A stretch of 63,619 nt of DNA, filler included, from Folioceros fuciformis (lineage: Eukaryota), in NCBI GenBank assembly GCA_049999805.1. It is 10 parts of 10 records of this genome, joined end to end, with 100 filler letters (N's around TTAATTAATTAA, not from the genome) between each part and the next. Parts side by side here need not be neighbours in the genome. Positions count along the whole stretch, not along the records: positions 1 to 2,939 come from JBNGIO010004539.1; positions 3,040 to 8,148 come from JBNGIO010004540.1; positions 8,249 to 12,941 come from JBNGIO010004541.1; 7 more parts are not named here. The stretch is one strand, 5' to 3'. Under the pieces are notes generated by a model. That model had not been told where the DNA came from, made no database searches, and was given only the letters and a program-made list of their open reading frames with translations. Positions 1-12,767 of the stretch are shown here, piece after piece. The position numbers and the translations under genes are program-made. Numbering within the stretch: the first letter of the stretch is position 1; each line of letters opens with the position of its first letter.

Positions 1-993
1 GTGAGAGATGGGCTTGATCGGGGCGGCCGTGGCTGGAATGCTGATAGGTGTGCTGGTAGTTGGCGTAGTCCACCGACGGCGGAGTTGCTCGTCGTGGATT
101 TGCTTCTCTGCTATGTTGATGAAAGATCTCCCTTCAGGAGTGGGAGCGCGGTGTATTGAAGTGAAAGTCACGGAGGTGCGTTGCCTTGCCATGTTTTCCT
201 GATTAGGATCTCTGGTCCGCTGGATTCTTCAATTGCTGCTGACCCATCCTTGTGAAGTGTGGAGCGCCAGTGACGGGAAGCAGTGGCGAAGCCATGAGGG
301 GACGAGCCTGGGGCTCTGATATCATGTAGCGGGACAAGAATCCCTTGGAATTGATGATTCGAGCATTAATGATACGATTTAAATACAAAGTGTATTTAGT
401 TATAACGACGATTGATCAATTAGTAACTTGAGTAACCTACTTAACTGTTCGAACCGCTAAGCTGTNNNNNNNNNNNNNNNNNNNNNNNNNNNNNNNNNNN
501 NNNNNNNNNNNNNNNNNNNNNNNNNNNNNNNNNNNNNNNNNNNNNNNNNNNNNNNNNNNNNNNNNATAGAAGACAGCAGGCTCTTGTTTGAGTTATTCTT
601 GCACCTCCGATCTCTTGGTTTCGCATCACTATGTCCAAGGATCAGTACCCAACATCAGTTGCAAAGACTGCAACGCTTTATGGGTTGGGTGAAAGTACTC
701 GTCATGATGGCCTTCGACTAACCTCATGGCAGAACCTACCTTGTGGGCTGTGAAAGGGACCTTTCTACACAACCTGCGCGTGGCCATCTCCAGCCTGGGT
801 GAAAGCTGGGAGGTCAGTGGAAATATGCCATCCCATTCCCGTCTTCAAGATATGGACGGGAATGGCTTGCTACGGTTTCTACGACCCCATGCACNNNNNN
901 NNNNNNNNNNNNNNNNNNNNNNNNNNNNNNNNNNNNNNNNNNNNNNNNNNNNNNNNNNNNNNNNNNNNNNNNNNNNNNNNNNNNNNNNNNNNN

Positions 994-2450
994 NTATATA
1001 CTTCTTCTCCCATGCTTTACGGCCACTTCGTAGGTATTTCCAATAATCTGGAGGAGTTTTTCGCTCTGCTTGGGCCCGGTAAACAGGGTCATCTACACAG
1101 GTCGGTTCAACATTTCTCCCATCATCTACTACATCAATCGGAGGCAACTGTCCCTCAATGACAGGCTGGCTTGCTCTCCATGCTTCATATCTTGCTCGAG
1201 CACTGGGGATGTAGTCAGGAAAGTCGTTAGAACCATCCTCCTCCTCTGTGTCTGTGGACTCTTCCCGATAAATGGGATTGGGATTGTCTCCAAAATTCTT
1301 CCTATGTAGTTCCAGCCACTTAACCATGGGATCACCCATATACTCATCTTCACCAGGCTCCCAATATTGCTTGTCAGCCTCGTCAAAAATTGCATCCCAG
1401 TCAGGGTTCTCATCACCTAAGTCATAATCCTAATCGTAACTGTACTCGTTGACTATAAGATCTGGCTCTTCTCCTTCACGAAGCTTGTCTTCAATTACAA
1501 GTCTCCAACAGCCATTATCATCATGTCGAAGATATCCCTCCCCTGAATACTCTTTACTGGGTTCCCAGTTGTTGAAATCCCCAACAATAGAACAAAAACG
1601 AGAAGCTGCAACCATGATGGCTGAGTCAGGCAGGGTACTGACAAAGCATGCGTCAGAAGCACAAGACATGGAATGGTTTGAATAGCCACTGTTTGGCAAT
1701 GGAGACTTCAAGGCACCTACAGGACTGATTCTACACCAAGATATAGGATACAGCTACTACAAAATGGATGCATGCACTTGTTCACCAGAAGTGAAAACGA
1801 AGAGAACAAATTTTACCTGGAGCCCATTCAATAAGCTCAACAGCATGAAAGGGAGTTCGATGGAGACCCATATCCTCATATCTGCGATGCATACTAGCGG
1901 GTCAATCCCCCCTTCCCAACCCTCACCACTGTGGACCATCAAAGGAGGTACACAAAGCGTCACATACGTTGATGCGAAGGCAAGAAGATTGTCATCCTGC
2001 TCAGCTATCAGCATTCTCAAGTCCTTCAAAGCTTTGTACCTGGACCACAATTGCAGCAGCTTAGGAGAAAATTTTCCCCTTTTCCTATGCTATGTCTGCT
2101 TCAAATTCCAAGTCTGAACCAACCACAGTTTTCACCTCCAGCTACTTTCGTTTCATGTTTACTAAAACAATACGCCATACAGAGCTTGAGAGAGTAGTAC
2201 CTTTCACGCAAATACTGCGGGAAGGCTTTCGAGGTGAGATTCTTCTCCTTAAAAAACCCAACTGGATCCGGGCCCAAGTTACTGGGAGCCGGGACTCTTT
2301 GCTTAGATGCAATCCCTGTCTTCCCCACTGCAAAGCACTTGACACTGCGACGTCCCTTGGTGGGGTAGCAATGAGCTTCAACATGGTGTTTCGGGGAGAC
2401 CGCATGTCTAGCAGTTGGCCTGGCTGGAGGCATCCCGTCCATTTTTCCAT
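994..2450 (-). pseudogene. SBE3: Starch branching enzyme 3 (SBE3/BE1-like), 5' part, with in-frame stop
   Basis: Spliced GT-AG exons read DPVGFFKEKNLTSKAFPQYLRER|YKALKDL...AFAS|YEDMGLHRTPFHAVELIEWAP|ASRFCSIVGDFNNW...HDDNGCWRLVIEDKLREGEEPD...YWEPGED...GRKAWEKKYI, matching the plant SBE3 N-terminus. In-frame TAG at 1430-1432 (YSYD*DYDLGD). Cut by a gap at 994. Confidence 0.85.
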
Positions 2451-2584
2451 GTGACCAGTTAACTCATCAACTCCACGGTTTGGTTTGGATACTGCATCAA
2501 GTCAGTTCCTTCAAATCCTACCATGACGCACCGACGTAAGGGGTAGACCCAAATATCTGAGGGTTACTGGTAAAGCAAATGGCA

Positions 2585-2845
2585 TCAGCCTTACAACATT
2601 GTGCTATTCCCACCATTCCGCAGTGCCCTCCTACCCTCCTCCAGGAATCTAGCCATGGCCTCGAGTGTATGCATTCGCTTGCCCCACGTTCAGGAGTTTT
2701 CCAATGTTGGGATAGCTGTTCAACAAGTGATCACCATTCAACTGTGAAGCTAATTGCACCAACTCTTCTTGGAACTCTGTCAGTTTGGCAAGCTCATTCG
2801 GTGGTGAATGCCTCAGTGACCAAGGTGGTCCTGGTAGAGTAGCTG
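2585..2845 (-). pseudogene. NPC: Non-specific phospholipase C (NPC1/2-like) last exon, frameshifted
   Basis: SLRHSPPNELAKLTEFQEELVQLASQLNGDHLLNSYPNIGK...ANAY, then a frameshift to EAMARFLEEGRRALRNG, matching the NPC C-terminus. Acceptor tgtgcag upstream. Confidence 0.75.
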
Positions 2846-3469
2846 CACAGCACAACCAAAAGCCAGATTAGAACCAGTAACCTCGTTCATCCCACTGGGC
2901 ACAACCAAATACCAGGTGAGTGCCAACTTCGTTCAGACCNNNNNNNNNNNNNNNNNNNNNNNNNNNNNNNNNNNNNNNNNNNNTTAATTAATTAANNNNN
3001 NNNNNNNNNNNNNNNNNNNNNNNNNNNNNNNNNNNNNNNGGGCCCGAGGTGACGGGGCGACGGTAGCCGGCAGGGCAACCGTCGCCGGAGGGACGACTAG
3101 TGGTAGCCCGATGGGAGGTAAGGAGAGAAAGCAGGTAGGGCATAAAAACCCTAGAGAAAGGGGAGCTATGTCCAGCATCTAAAAGTGCGGGGAGCGGGAG
3201 TAACTTGAAGCGTGAAGCGGCTGAAGGAGGAGAAAGCGCCAGGACGACGGGGCAGACAGCGCAAGGCGTGAGGGTTGAGCAGGCACAGGGGAGTGGGAGA
3301 CCTCCAAGGCGCGAGCGGTGGAGAGAGCTGGGCGAATAGAGGAAGAGCCAAAGCACGACCAGGACAGAAGAGTTCCGAGCCCGAGTGTGAGGGAAGGAGG
3401 ACAGGCAGGATGAGGTCGCGGCCTAAACTGATCCCTGGAGCCGCAGCCTCTAGACAGGAGGGGGGACCT

Positions 3470-5979
3470 CCTGTCCCCCGAATCGACCTACTCCTGTGGC
3501 CCAATATGGAGCACTGGAGGGTCAGGGTAGGAAAGTTGGTGGCAGAGCTGGGTCTGAACTTTATGACCCAGAAGTGGAACCATGCAGCACCCCAGCTGGT
3601 CAGGGAGTGCCCTGAGGCAGATAGAGCCTGTACGCGAGGAGGGGATCAGAGGCAGACCCCAGGAATGGAACCTGGAGTTGATCAGGAGGGTCTACGGGCG
3701 CGACCAACAAGAGGAAGGGGGACTGGTGCTGGAGTCCCTGAAGAAGCATGGCGGAACGGGAGCCGCGGAAACGCTGCTCAAGGCAGGCACGAGAAAGGAA
3801 GCGAACGGGTGGCTGGTGCGTGACATGGCAAGTCCCCAGTTGTTGGGATTGGCTAGGTGGTTCCTGAGCTTCTTCCAGGTACGCAAACATGATTATTTGT
3901 CCGACCAGATGCTCCTGTTTGTGCATGAAGTAGTGAAGGGCTCCAGGATCGACTGAGGGAGGATTTTATATGCCCGGATGGATGAGGAGAGGCAGAACCT
4001 CATCCAACCCACCCTTGAACCTTCTATGATTTCCCCGTTTCTAATCCATGTGTACAGTTACGCTAACCTGGTCACTGAGCTAGAAATGCTGGCCTCGCTG
4101 CACCTGTGGAAGCCAGTTCGCGATGTGAAGTGGAAGCCCGCTGAGCCAGCAAGGGCTGCCTCCAGCAGTTGGGAAGCTGACAGTGGGAATAGCTCGCAGG
4201 AGGAAACCCTAGTAAAGCCCAGGAAGAGGATGGCGCCACAAAAGAAGACTCCTGCCAAGAGNNNNNNNNNNNNNNNNNNNNNNNNNNNNNNNNNNNNNNN
4301 NNNNNNNNNNNNNNNNNNNNNNNNNNNNNNNNNNNNNNNNNNNNNNNNNNNNNNNNNNNNNAGAACGAGAACCAGCTGTCCAGGGAATCAAGGACTGAAG
4401 GTTGGAGGAGCAAGGTCAGGGTGAGACAAGACTCGAGGAGCCACAGGATCAGGTGATGGCAGCCGACACAGTTTCCTCCAGACAGGAGGATAAGTTAGGG
4501 CATGTTTCAGCACAGGAGGGTTTCTCAAGGTGGAAGGACATTTTCAGGTGCAGGCCTCAGAGAGATAGGTTGCAGGTAGGGGACCTGGACAAGTTACGAG
4601 AATTCCTGGGCAGACAAATTACGGCGAGAGGAATGGGCACCGGAGGGGTGCAGGAGGTGGACCTTCCCGAGCTGACTGCTATGATGGTGCAAGCCCAAGA
4701 AGACCTCTTGGATCAGGCTGCTAGGGCCCTGACCTGGTTAAGTGTACAAGCGGAGCGAGAGGCCGAGGCTCGGGGAAAGGAGGAGAAGGCTCGTGAGCGA
4801 GAGGCTGAAGCAAGGAGGCAACTGGCGGAGTCGGAGACGTCGCGGCAACTGTTGGAGGAGAAGCAGCGGGTCCTGGACAGGGAGAAGGCTCAAGCCGAGG
4901 AAGAGGTGCGCGAGGCGAGGGCTGAAGTGCAGGCGCTGAAAGAGCAACAGGGGACCCTGCTAGCTCAGGTGAGGGAGGCTGACGAGACTAACCTGGAGAT
5001 GCAACAGGAAATGGCCAGGGCACAGGAGATAGAGATAGCCGCTGTGGAGCAGGCTTAGAAGTTGGCTGACAGATACAAGCGGGAGCGGGATGAGGCTAGA
5101 GAGAGAGTGAAGGGGAAGGGCAAGGCTGGGCGTCCGAGTCAGTCAGCGACCCCGGTAGCAGAAGGGGCTACCGGTAGCCGAACCAGGGGAACGGTAGTCG
5201 AGGGGACTACCGGTAATCCGGTAGTCCACGGGACTACCACTAGTCGGGTAGCCAACGAGGCTACTGGTGGCCCAACAAGGCCCAGGATAGCTAAAGAACC
5301 AACCCTGGAAACGAAGGAGGAAGCAGTAGGGGCGCCTGCCCCTAGGCGCTCCAGGAGGGTGACCCGTACTAGGAGGACAGAGCCGGAGGAGGCAACAGCT
5401 GGGCAGGCAGAGAGCCTTCAGGTACCCCAGCAGGAGGGGGAGCAGGCAACCCGAGGTAGCCCAAGGGAGGACGGGGTAAGCACCTCTATTATGACAGAAG
5501 GTCGGATTGTGCTGCAGTATGAGGAGGAGGCCTCCTATGTGCCAGGCCTGTATGTAGAAGGGGCCAGGGTTCTGAAGCTGTTTCTTTATGTACGTATGGG
5601 CGCAGGAGGGACGCAGGGCTACGGCCTGCAGTTGAGGACGTGCCTGGGACTCTACCACTACAGCTGGTGGGTGATAGGACTGCCCCACTGCTATGCGGAG
5701 GCAGTTCTGGAGTAACTGACGGAAGAGGAGGCCCAGCGCTGGGTAGAACGGGGGCCAGTGGCTGTCCTCAGCAACCAAAGAAGGAGGAGGAGTGGTGGAC
5801 CACAGCGGCGGGACCCACCTGCGCCGCCAGCCAGGTCCAGCAGTAGCAGCAGTGATGTGGAGATCCTCTGGGAGGATCTACCGGACCAACGGAGGGGCAG
5901 AAGAGCAAGAGGAGGGGCAGCAAGGGGTGACACGGGAAGGCCCGGAGGAAGCGGCCAGCGGCGTGGGAAAGGGCGATAG
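3470..5979 (+). mobile_element. Degraded additional ORF of a large LTR retroelement (conserved domain plus coiled coil)
   Basis: Broken reading frame W.LELIRRVYGR...GSRID*GRILY...SPFLIHVY, then an E/R/A-rich coiled coil (4402-5130). Homologous to 48800-50500. Confidence 0.6.
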
Positions 5980-7000
5980 TAAATGCAGGCTAGAATAGGA
6001 TTCTTTTAGCCTGCTTTATTTGGACCTAAGTCGCTCAGAATCTAAGAGCGCAGCTCTTCTGCCTGACAGACTTTATGGCGGAAAAAACCGCCATCACCGT
6101 GTACAAGAGGCCGGTTTGAAGGCCTAAGAAATCAGCAAGAACCAGCCGAACAGTCGACCTTGCAGGGACCTTGCGATGGCCGTTGCTGGACAAGAGGTCC
6201 AGGCAAGCAAGCGCACGTAGCAACCTGGGGTGTGAGTGTAGGTGGTGGGCGCTCCGTGATCAAGCCCGGGGACGAATCGGGAGGAGGAGCCTCGCCGAGT
6301 GGGAGAGAAGCTCCCCAGCTATCCTCGAGGTGGTCACGTGGGGTGGTGCGGGTGTCGGAGCCGAATCCAAGAGTTCGGAGGGGAAGGGACTCCTCTTCCC
6401 TTAGCCCCAGCACCTCCCATTCCTCAACGTTAATAGGAGCCCAGGAGGGGCATCGCTGAGAAAGAAGACTGAAGAACCGGACAAAGGAGAGCGCGAGAGT
6501 GCGCGTGTGTGAGAAGGAGGAGGAGCGAGTGGCCGAGTAGTAGGTAAGAGCGAATGCGAAAAGGAAGCCAGAAGGAGTGGAAGCAGGAAGTGAAGCGGAG
6601 TGGAAGTGATTCGATGTCTGTTAAGACGGGCAGAATGTATACAAAGGATTGGTGAGTGGGGTAAGAGAACAAAGACGGGGAAACCCTGGAGGCGAGGTGA
6701 GTAATGTGTGTGGGGTGCAACGAGACGTGGTGTGTATGTGTGACTGGTCACGATAAGACTGGAGAGGCTGTGAAGAAGCTGAATTGAGACCGCAGGGGGT
6801 GTATCTAAGGTGTGAGATCCCGCGGGTGGAAGGCGTCCAATAGATTGCTGCTGTTCATGTGTGCGTGCACTTGTTCCTGAGGTGAGTGAGGCGGTTTTGT
6901 GGTGAACCAAGGAAGGGAAGCACAAAAGGGGATGCGCGGGCAGGAGGTAATCAGTCGCGTAGGAACGACTCGGAGGGAGAGAGGAAACCCTAGAGAGAGG

Positions 7001-7036
<36 letters not shown>

Positions 7037-7225
7037 GCCCACAAGTGGTAGACCGTCAGGTGNNNNNNNNNNNNNNNNNNNNNNNNNNNNNNNNNNNNNN
7101 NNNNNNNNNNNNNNNNNNNNNNNNNNNNNNNNNNNNNNNNNNNNNNNNNNNNNNNNNNNNNNAGTAGTCCATTGGGGAACGGAGGGTAGCCCGGTGGGCA
7201 ACCAAGAGTAGTCCAGGGGGAGGTA

Positions 7226-7554
7226 TGTAGGGTTATTAAAGCCCAATGTGCTTAGACTAATGCGATTAGACACATTAGTTTAATTAGACTAATGTAATTA
7301 GTCTAAGATTAGTGTCTAATTAAGTACCATTAGTTTAGATTAGCTTAAGCTAATCTTTAAGAAGCTTCCTGCATAGCTTCCTGTGAGCTTCTTGTGAAGC
7401 TTCCTTGGGAGCTTTTCTAGAGGGTATAAATACCCTCTTGAGCTCCCTTTGCAATAGAGCTGTGAGAGAAACTGTGAGACCTCTCTTTCTCCTCTCCTCT
7501 CCTCCTCCCTTCTTCCCTCCTCTCCTTCACCATGCTCCTCTAATGATCCTTTCA
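7226..7554 (+). mobile_element. LTR family A (TGTAGG...TTCA) with TATA box
   Basis: TG...CA ends and TATAAATA at about 7425. Related copies at 31486-31834 and, partial and reversed, at 28300-28438. Confidence 0.8.
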
Positions 7555-7556
7555 AG

Positions 7557-7568
7557 TGGTATCAGAGC
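7557..7568 (+). promoter_or_regulatory. Primer-binding site (tRNA-iMet)
   Basis: TGGTATCAGAGC 2 nt after the LTR CA. Confidence 0.9.
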
Positions 7569-7654
7569 AAAGGTTGTAGAGCAAGATGGTTGTGCCTATT
7601 GTAGGTACAATGAGCGGAGGCACAAGGCAAGAAGATGGAGCTAGGAGGGTTAGG

Positions 7655-7905
7655 GCGCCAGTAGAGCACCACCCGGGCGCCAACTAAGCGCCACCTAGGC
7701 ACCAACGCGGCGCCACCTGGGGCCATTCGGTTGCCAATGCGGCGCCGCCTGGCCGCCACCGGGCACCACTTGGCCGCCATCTGGGCGCCAATGAGGCGCC
7801 ACTTGGCCGCCACTCGGGTGCCAACGAGGCGCCACCCGGGCACCAAGGTGCCACTTGGCCGCAGGCAGGGCGCCAACTGGGCACCAACCAGGCACCAATG
7901 GCAGG
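7655..7905 (+). repeat. GC-rich imperfect repeat (GGCGCCAC/TGGCCGCC) downstream of the PBS
   Basis: Many degenerate units of about 11/22 bp. Confidence 0.7.
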
Positions 7906-8248
7906 GATACCTGGAGATACCTCAGTGGAGTGCTAGCGAGGCAAGGATCTTGCCGAGCACCGAGCGCGCAAGACGGATGCAAGAAAGCGAACAAATTGCG
8001 GTCGTCGAGTGCGAGGGTGTGGGCGCCGAACTGACTCCGACCGTGGAAGTCAAGATCTCGATCGGACGATGGGAGACATTCCAGTTTTGAGCGATCGAAG
8101 CCCAAGTTGTGGACATCCGATTTGGAACAAGTTGTGAGGGTAACTTTGNNNNNNNNNNNNNNNNNNNNNNNNNNNNNNNNNNNNNNNNNNNNTTAATTAA
8201 TTAANNNNNNNNNNNNNNNNNNNNNNNNNNNNNNNNNNNNNNNNNNNN

Positions 8249-8529
8249 AGTGAGTCAGTAGGGTAGCCCAGGGTTGAGGTAGCCGAGTGGGGCCTGGAGC
8301 TGTAGAGTAGGGACTGTGGTAGCTAGGCCAGCTGAGGGGTAGGGGTAGTTGAACTAGTAGGTAGTGGAGTTGGGGCAGTTAAAGTCTGACCTAGGTAGTA
8401 ATTGACTTTTAGAAGAAACCTGTGTTACTTGGCACAAATCATTCCCTTGGGATCGAATCCCAGTGCTATAACGACAAAGAGGGTTTGTGTGGACCTCGCA
8501 GCACCCCGGGTGAAATATTTTCCCCCACA
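8249..8529 (+). mobile_element. LTR 3' end, family D
   Basis: Near-identical to about 47780-48028 (gacttttagaagaaacct...tttccc.caca); ends in CA. Confidence 0.7.
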
Positions 8530-8905
8530 GTTCCCTACCCCTCCTCTCTTAGGTAGGTTCCCCACCATTCCCACCCATTGTCGTAGGTAGGCTGCCTACC
8601 CTATTGCCGTAGGTGGGGTGTCTACTGTATAAGTACCTTCCCTACCTACGTAGGTATCTTCCATTTTCCCCAAGTAGGTTCTCTCTCTACGTATGTAGGT
8701 AGACATTCTACTACGTAGGTATCTTTTTATCCTAACCTACCAGAATAGAACTAAAAACTCCATAAAACCTTCACCAGCCGCTCACTACCTACCATGGGCA
8801 CTTGCCCAGAAACCTACCTTCCACATGCCTCCCTTCGAACTATTCTGAAAAAAAAGAAACCAAGTTAGACTTTCCTAGACTAATCACCAAACTTTTCCGT
8901 TCCAC
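8530..8905 (+). repeat. Dispersed repeat family E (CCTAC/GTAGG-rich, ends TTTCCGTTCCACA), likely an LTR
   Basis: Copies at 27860-28250 and 55255-55642 with the same CA end. Related sequence reversed at 50950-51095. Confidence 0.75.
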
Positions 8906-10789
8906 ATTGCTGCTAAAGAAACTCTCTCCATCAACACACCTTATGCTCCTCCTGGCGACATCGTTGAAGAGACTTCTTTCGGAATCACCTCCTTCTTTGT
9001 CACATGCGTTGCTCAGAAACCTCCTTATGGCAGGAGACCTTCTCTTTCTGCTCCGCGCACTGCTGATGAACCATTCTTTGACAGCGCACCCCTTTCCCCT
9101 ATCTCGTGCACGGTCGGAAGACTACTTCTTGGCAACTCGTTCACCTCCTCAGCCTCCTGAGTTGTTGGGACAACGCTTCTTGGTGGCGAATCTTCCCCTT
9201 TTAGCTCACACGCTATCGGAAAACCTCCCATCAAAGCCTTAGGCCACGCCTTCTTTTCCTTCTCCTGGTCGATCACTACAGCAAGGTTTGTCTCTCTCAA
9301 CTCCTCACCACTCGTCTTTCCTGCCCCCTTAGAACAAATTCCAAATGTGCTACCCGGCAACGCAGGCAACACAGGTGGTCCGCACACACTGGCTACAGCG
9401 TCCCTCAACCTCTCCAACCTACGACTTAAACCACGCCTGAGTCTTTCCCACTCCGACTCCTGTTCTTGAAGTTGTTGCAAGAGCTGAGCCTTCATGACCC
9501 TATGCATNNNNNNNNNNNNNNNNNNNNNNNNNNNNNNNNNNNNNNNNNNNNNNNNNNNNNNNNNNNNNNNNNNNNNNNNNNNNNNNNNNNNNNNNNNNNN
9601 NNNNNNNCTATGCATCGGCGACACCCTGGAACGACCTTTTGCCAGGTTCTTGACTTGTGCCCTAAAAGCTCCTAAACCCCTTGTGAGCTCCTTCCTCTTG
9701 CCCGCCATAGCTGCACCTTCTAGCGCCTTCTCCTCTCTGCAAAGTTCTCCTTGTGCACTATGCTGTCACTCCCCGCTCCATCGCCTTAATTTCTTCTCTA
9801 GTACAACAGCACTACCTCTCTCTCTATTCCTCTTTCAAACAAATGAAATTAAGACTCCACCCATCTTCTGAATTGGTACATTTCAACCTTGATAACTTTT
9901 GTCCTTACACCCGAACCTTCCAAAAACTTCCTCCTCTAGCACTCACCCTCATGCCTCTAATCTACCTAATGCCTTGCTTTGTACTTAAACCCAATTCGCA
10001 AATCGTTTCGACAACCTGCCCACTTTTCCTAAACCTTACTCCGCAAAACATTTCAGTCACAGCAATGCATAATTCTAGCATTCTTTTCCCTACTTACAGG
10101 CTCTTGTCCAAAACCTTGTAGAACCTTAAACCCAACCACTCATTAGCCCTCTCTAACTTACCGCATGATTACCTATTTTGGTCATATGAACTAAATTTGA
10201 GTAACACTCAACAGCAACACCCTTCGCATCTTACTTGGTTACTCCTTCACAAATAAAACACTTAATCTCCAAAACATAAACCATCCAAGCACACATCTAG
10301 TTCATGATCTCCAGCATTCTTTTGATAGTGACAAGTTTCGTGCTGTCAATCCGACTACCCTTAGTATTATGTCATTGCAACCTCCCCTCGTGTAATGAAA
10401 TGTGTGTATGCAAATTCGCAACACAGAAGTTTTGATTCAATTGTTGAGTTTGCTACAAGCTCAATGCTTAAACTGTGCTGCAAAAATGCGCTGATTGTTT
10501 ATTGTCTCTCAGCTTTTAAGTGAACTATCCAAAGAGTGCTCATTCATTCTTTCCAGACCCCTATATACTTGCCACCTCCCGTTACTAAGTTATATGGCTG
10601 AACATCCTCAACCGGTATAAACCGTTTGAGAAAGTTAACTACCAAAGTAACTGCTTATCAGTTTTCCTCTCATGATAACTTTTAGTCTACTAATTGCCTT
10701 ATCAAGAAAAACATACCAACGTTATTCTCTTTACGCACTTGTAATTTCAAGGTCACCAACCTGTATGAAGGGTTCTTAGCAGTCACATG

Positions 10790-12060
10790 ACTGGTCTAAC
10801 AAGGATAAAGAATGCTATTTTTGCGGCAAATTTGGCCATATAATGAAAGATTGCTGTAAGAAACAAGCAAACTCTAAAGGAAAAGAAAGCAACATGGGAA
10901 TTTTGCATCTTCTTGTGGTACTCAAAATGACCAGGAGGATAGGTTGTTCGCTATACAACATCTATCAAAACTTGTACCTAATAAGCAAAATGATGAGAGA
11001 TGTTATATTCATTCAGGAGTGTCTAATCATATAACTCCGCATGGTGAGTGGTTTGACAAAATGAATGCAAGTCCCCACGGTCATGTGTGCACACGAGATG
11101 GTACACAACATGATATAAAGCATAAAGGAATTGTTCCTCTTATGATGCTAAATGCTCAGAAGAAAAGTTTGCAAGATATGTTACATGTTCCAACTATTAC
11201 GAAAAATTTGTTATTTGTTGGACAAATGACTGAACAAAATTTGCAGGTCTGGTTCAATAAAGATGGGTGCTTTATTGAGAAATATGGTAATAAGTGCAAA
11301 TTGATTGTAAGTGGCAAAAGAAATGGACAAATGTTCACTTTGGGATGCATCTACTCCAGACCTAAATGTAGCTATGTTCGCAAATGATGAAGGTGTCATA
11401 CGCAATGTTGAGATATGGCATAAAAGGATTGGACATGTGAACATACTGAAGCTGAAATCTATGCAACAAAAAGGTGTAGTGCTTGTACTACTTAAATTAA
11501 AGTATGTTGATCTTGAACATGTGTGTCCTGCATGTCATTTGGAAAGTAAATACGATTTCCATTTATGCGACATGTACAAAATAGCACAAGACCATTGCAG
11601 CTAATATATTCAGATGTATGGGGTCCATCTTAGAACGCGTCATTTGGTGGAGCGCATTCTTATGTCTCATTTGTGGATGATTTCAATAGGTACACGTGGT
11701 TGTAACATACTCAAGCATAAGAATGAAGTATTTGATGCATTTAGAAGCTTTAAGAAGCATTCTGAAAATGAATTTGGCTACTTTGTTTCTTGTCTTCGAT
11801 CAGATGGATGTGGATGAAGAGTATGTCTTCGATGAATTTGATAGGTATCTTGTGAAATATGGGATACAAAGACAACTGACTTGTTGATATACAGCGTAAG
11901 AGAATGGTGTTACAAAGAGGAAAAATAGGGTGCTAATGGAATTAGCAAGGGCAATGATGAATACAAAATGCTTGCCAAAGACATATTGGGCCAAAGTTGT
12001 TATGACTACAGTATATGTGCTGAATAAAACTCCCACAGTAGGGATTCATGATGCTCTCCA
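10790..12060 (+). mobile_element. Ty1/Copia gag-protease-integrase remnant
   Basis: Zinc knuckle CYFCGKFGHIMKDC, protease YIHSGVSNHIT, VLHVPTITKNLL-like motif, WHKRIGH, LRSDG, ENGVTKRKNR. Stops and frameshifts. Confidence 0.9.
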
Positions 12061-12767
12061 TATGGTTGTATGGATATAAACCTGAATCAAACTCCCACAG
12101 TAGGGATTCATGATGCTGCTCCATATGGTTGTATGGATATAAACCTGAATAAAACTCCCACANNNNNNNNNNCTGCTCCATATGGTTGTATGGATATAAA
12201 CCTGAATAAAACTCCCACACTAGGGATTCATGATGCTGCTCCATATGGTTGTATGGATATAAACCTGAATAAAACTCCCACACTAGGGATTCATGATGCT
12301 GCTCCATATGGTTGTATGGATATAAACCTGAATAAAACTCCCACACTAGGGATTCATGATGCTGCTCCATATGGTTGTATGGATATAAACCTGAATCAAA
12401 CTCCCATAGTAGGGATTCATGATGCTGCTCCATATGGTTGTATGGATATAAACCTGAATAAAACTCCCACAGTAGGGATTCATGATGCTCCTCCATATGG
12501 TTGTATGGATATAAACCTGAATCAAACTCCCATAGTAGGGATTCATGATGCTGCTCCATATGGTTGTATGGGTATAAACCTGAATAAAACTCCCACAGTA
12601 GGGATTCATGATGCTACCCCATATCGTTGTATGGATATAAACCTGAATCAAACTCCCACAATAGGGATTCATGATGTTGCTCCATATGGTTGTATGGATA
12701 TAAACCTGAATAAAACTCCCACATTAGGGATTCATGATGCTACTCCATATGGTTGTATGGATATAAA
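12020..12767 (+). repeat. 63-bp minisatellite, about 12 copies
   Basis: Unit ctgaataaaactcccacactagggattcatgatgctgctccatatggttgtatggatataaac (LNKTPTLGIHDAAPYGCMDIN). Confidence 0.95.

Noticed and set aside
1430-1432. Stop corrected by U-to-C RNA editing
   Set aside because: This is a nuclear intron-containing gene; such editing is organellar.
2984-2995. Recurrent TTAATTAATTAA motif
   Set aside because: Artificial contig linker, so adjacency across it has no biological meaning, including 18144/18245 between the transposon-like ORF and the MTase.
7212-7568. Tandem retroelements sharing an LTR (PPT before, PBS after)
   Set aside because: The purine tract is short and may be chance; nested insertion of family A explains it equally well.
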